The notes under the pieces: model-generated
Databases searched by the model: none
The model's input: the letters and a program-made list of their open reading frames with translations, nothing else
What the model was told of the DNA's origin: nothing
In this document: positions 62,563 to 64,000 of the stretch, piece by piece
Position numbering within the stretch: position 1 is the stretch's first letter
Layout: each line of letters opens with the position of its first letter
Position numbers and translations under genes: made by a program
From: Negaprion brevirostris
Lineage: Eukaryota
Direction of reading: 5' to 3'
NCBI GenBank assembly: GCA_030324005.1
Contig: JARDVH010000163.1
Span: forward strand, 114,245,556 to 114,309,555
DNA length: 64,000 bases

Positions 62563-63376
62563 CATAGTCCAGGTGACGTTGCAACCCAGGGTTCAGCAAT
62601 CTAGAACAGTAGGCTACGCAAACAAATGGACCAAGAAATATTCTGAATTAGGAAACAGTGAAACTTCTTTGTAAAACTTTAAGGCATGCATTATATTTTA
62701 ATTATTGAGGAATACTGTTGTGGGAAGTCAGCCAAGGTGGTTGTAGAGAAGACTTAATCATGGCTTATTTCAATTTCTTTGTTCCCACGCCATTTAGCCT
62801 ATGGCTGTCAGCTGCTAATACATATTCAAAATATTAGCATGAAAGTTGCTAGGTACAGATCAAAATAACCGTGCGAACTGGAAATAGCAGCTATTTTGTT
62901 TGGTTGAAAATAAGGAGAAAAGAAAAATTGTTGCCAACACCACATTTTGGGAATTGTCTCCAGATTTTAGTTTTCCATGCAGTGAACTTTTAGCACTGCA
63001 GTTTTAGAAGCAGCAAAATATTTTGGACTGCTTTCAGCTGCAAACTCAATTACTTACGGGCTGAAGGTATGGGGTTATGAATTGCGTGGGGGGGGGNNNN
63101 NNNNNNNNNNNNNNNNNNNNNNNNGGAACACAATCCATGATTAACCACCCCCTCGCCTGTCTGCCCACCTACTTGCCCCTTTCATTTGGAAAGCAGACAG
63201 CACACCAACTGCCTGCTAATCACAATGATTGCTGCCTGCTGCCAGAGCTTTTCATTGGCTGCATACATTAGCATAAGGTCCAATGTCCTCGGACTACTTA
63301 AAGCTAGCGGCACCTCTTAAAGAGGAGGTGCACTGTGACTGAAATAGGTGCTGGGAGTCATTGTACAACTAAATCT

Positions 63377-63522
63377 GATTTGATTTGATTTATTATTGTC
63401 ACGTATTAGTATACAGTGAAAAGTATTGTTTCTTGCATGCTATACAGATAAAGCATACCGTACATAGAGAAGGAGAGGAGAGGGTGCAGAATGTAGTGTT
63501 ACAATCAAAGGGAAGGTGTAGA
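63377..63522 (-). mobile_element. Rex1/Babar-like LINE 3' tail
   Basis: gatttgatttgatttattattgtcacgtattagtatacagtgaaaagtattgtttcttgc. Confidence 0.75.
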
Positions 63523-64000
63523 GAGCATTATTAGAGAATATATGAGTTAAAGTAGCGTTTTAAAAGCATAGAATGAGTGTAAAAGATAGAAGGTATGCTG
63601 GGCACAGCTCACAAGAAGTCATCATGCTCCGGTGCCATCTTGATCAACAGACCCACATCTTAAGACTTGCACACACTATCAGCTATTCAACCAGGACAGC
63701 TGCATCACAAACAGTAACGTCATTCACTCGCACATTTACCTCTCTCTTCCAGGACAAGGGAACATACAAGCAGAAGCAGTAAAAGCTAATCAGAGGGCAA
63801 GGTAGACTTGCATGCGCTAAACTGCATGGAGAATGGTGTGGACCATTGTAGGAAGGTCTACTGCTCGGGCTGTGGCCATTGGAAGTGCTGAATCCAGTAC
63901 AGAGAGCAGCGTCCTCATATTCTTCTTCTCACATCCCACCCCTCCACTTTTCCCTGACTCCCTTCTGATTTAAAACCTGCAGCTTGTATAAATATGCATT

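Noticed and set aside
47800-64000. Expected ATG7 terminal exons on the minus strand (tail-to-tail neighbour of VGLL4 in mammals)
   Set aside because: I scanned by eye for IWDMSDDET-like and FLEDLTGL-like coding sequence and found none. They may lie in a gap or beyond the window; TBLASTN would decide.

Overview
Eukaryotic, AT-rich, gapped draft-assembly DNA from a vertebrate. The SINE/LINE content points to a cartilaginous fish, probably a shark (inference from repeat families, not proven). The window holds one gene: VGLL4 (vestigial-like 4, TEAD-binding Hippo-pathway co-repressor) on the + strand. Five coding exons were reconstructed by hand: 6344-6425, 14449-14635, 34870-35086, 38558-38681 and 45387-45667. 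All introns are GT-AG, the phases are consistent (1,2,0,1), and the CDS is 891 nt = 296 aa with two TDU/Tondu motifs, followed by a ~2.1 kb 3'UTR. The rest is intronic or intergenic DNA with decayed CR1, L2 and Rex1/Babar-like LINEs, two tRNA-derived SINE families, Penelope-like ends, MITEs and a PIF/Harbinger transposase relic. Best second-look items: a 14-nt alternative first coding exon (MIKVR) in intron 2; a candidate further first exon in intron 1; a tandem repeat built from the exon-1 splice junction whose extra donors are all disabled; a mixed direct/inverted repeat array just upstream of the promoter; TEAD (MCAT) motif clusters; and miR-130/301 and miR-221/222 seed sites. I found no prokaryote-type system (CRISPR, operon, defence island) and no evidence of a wholly new gene family.
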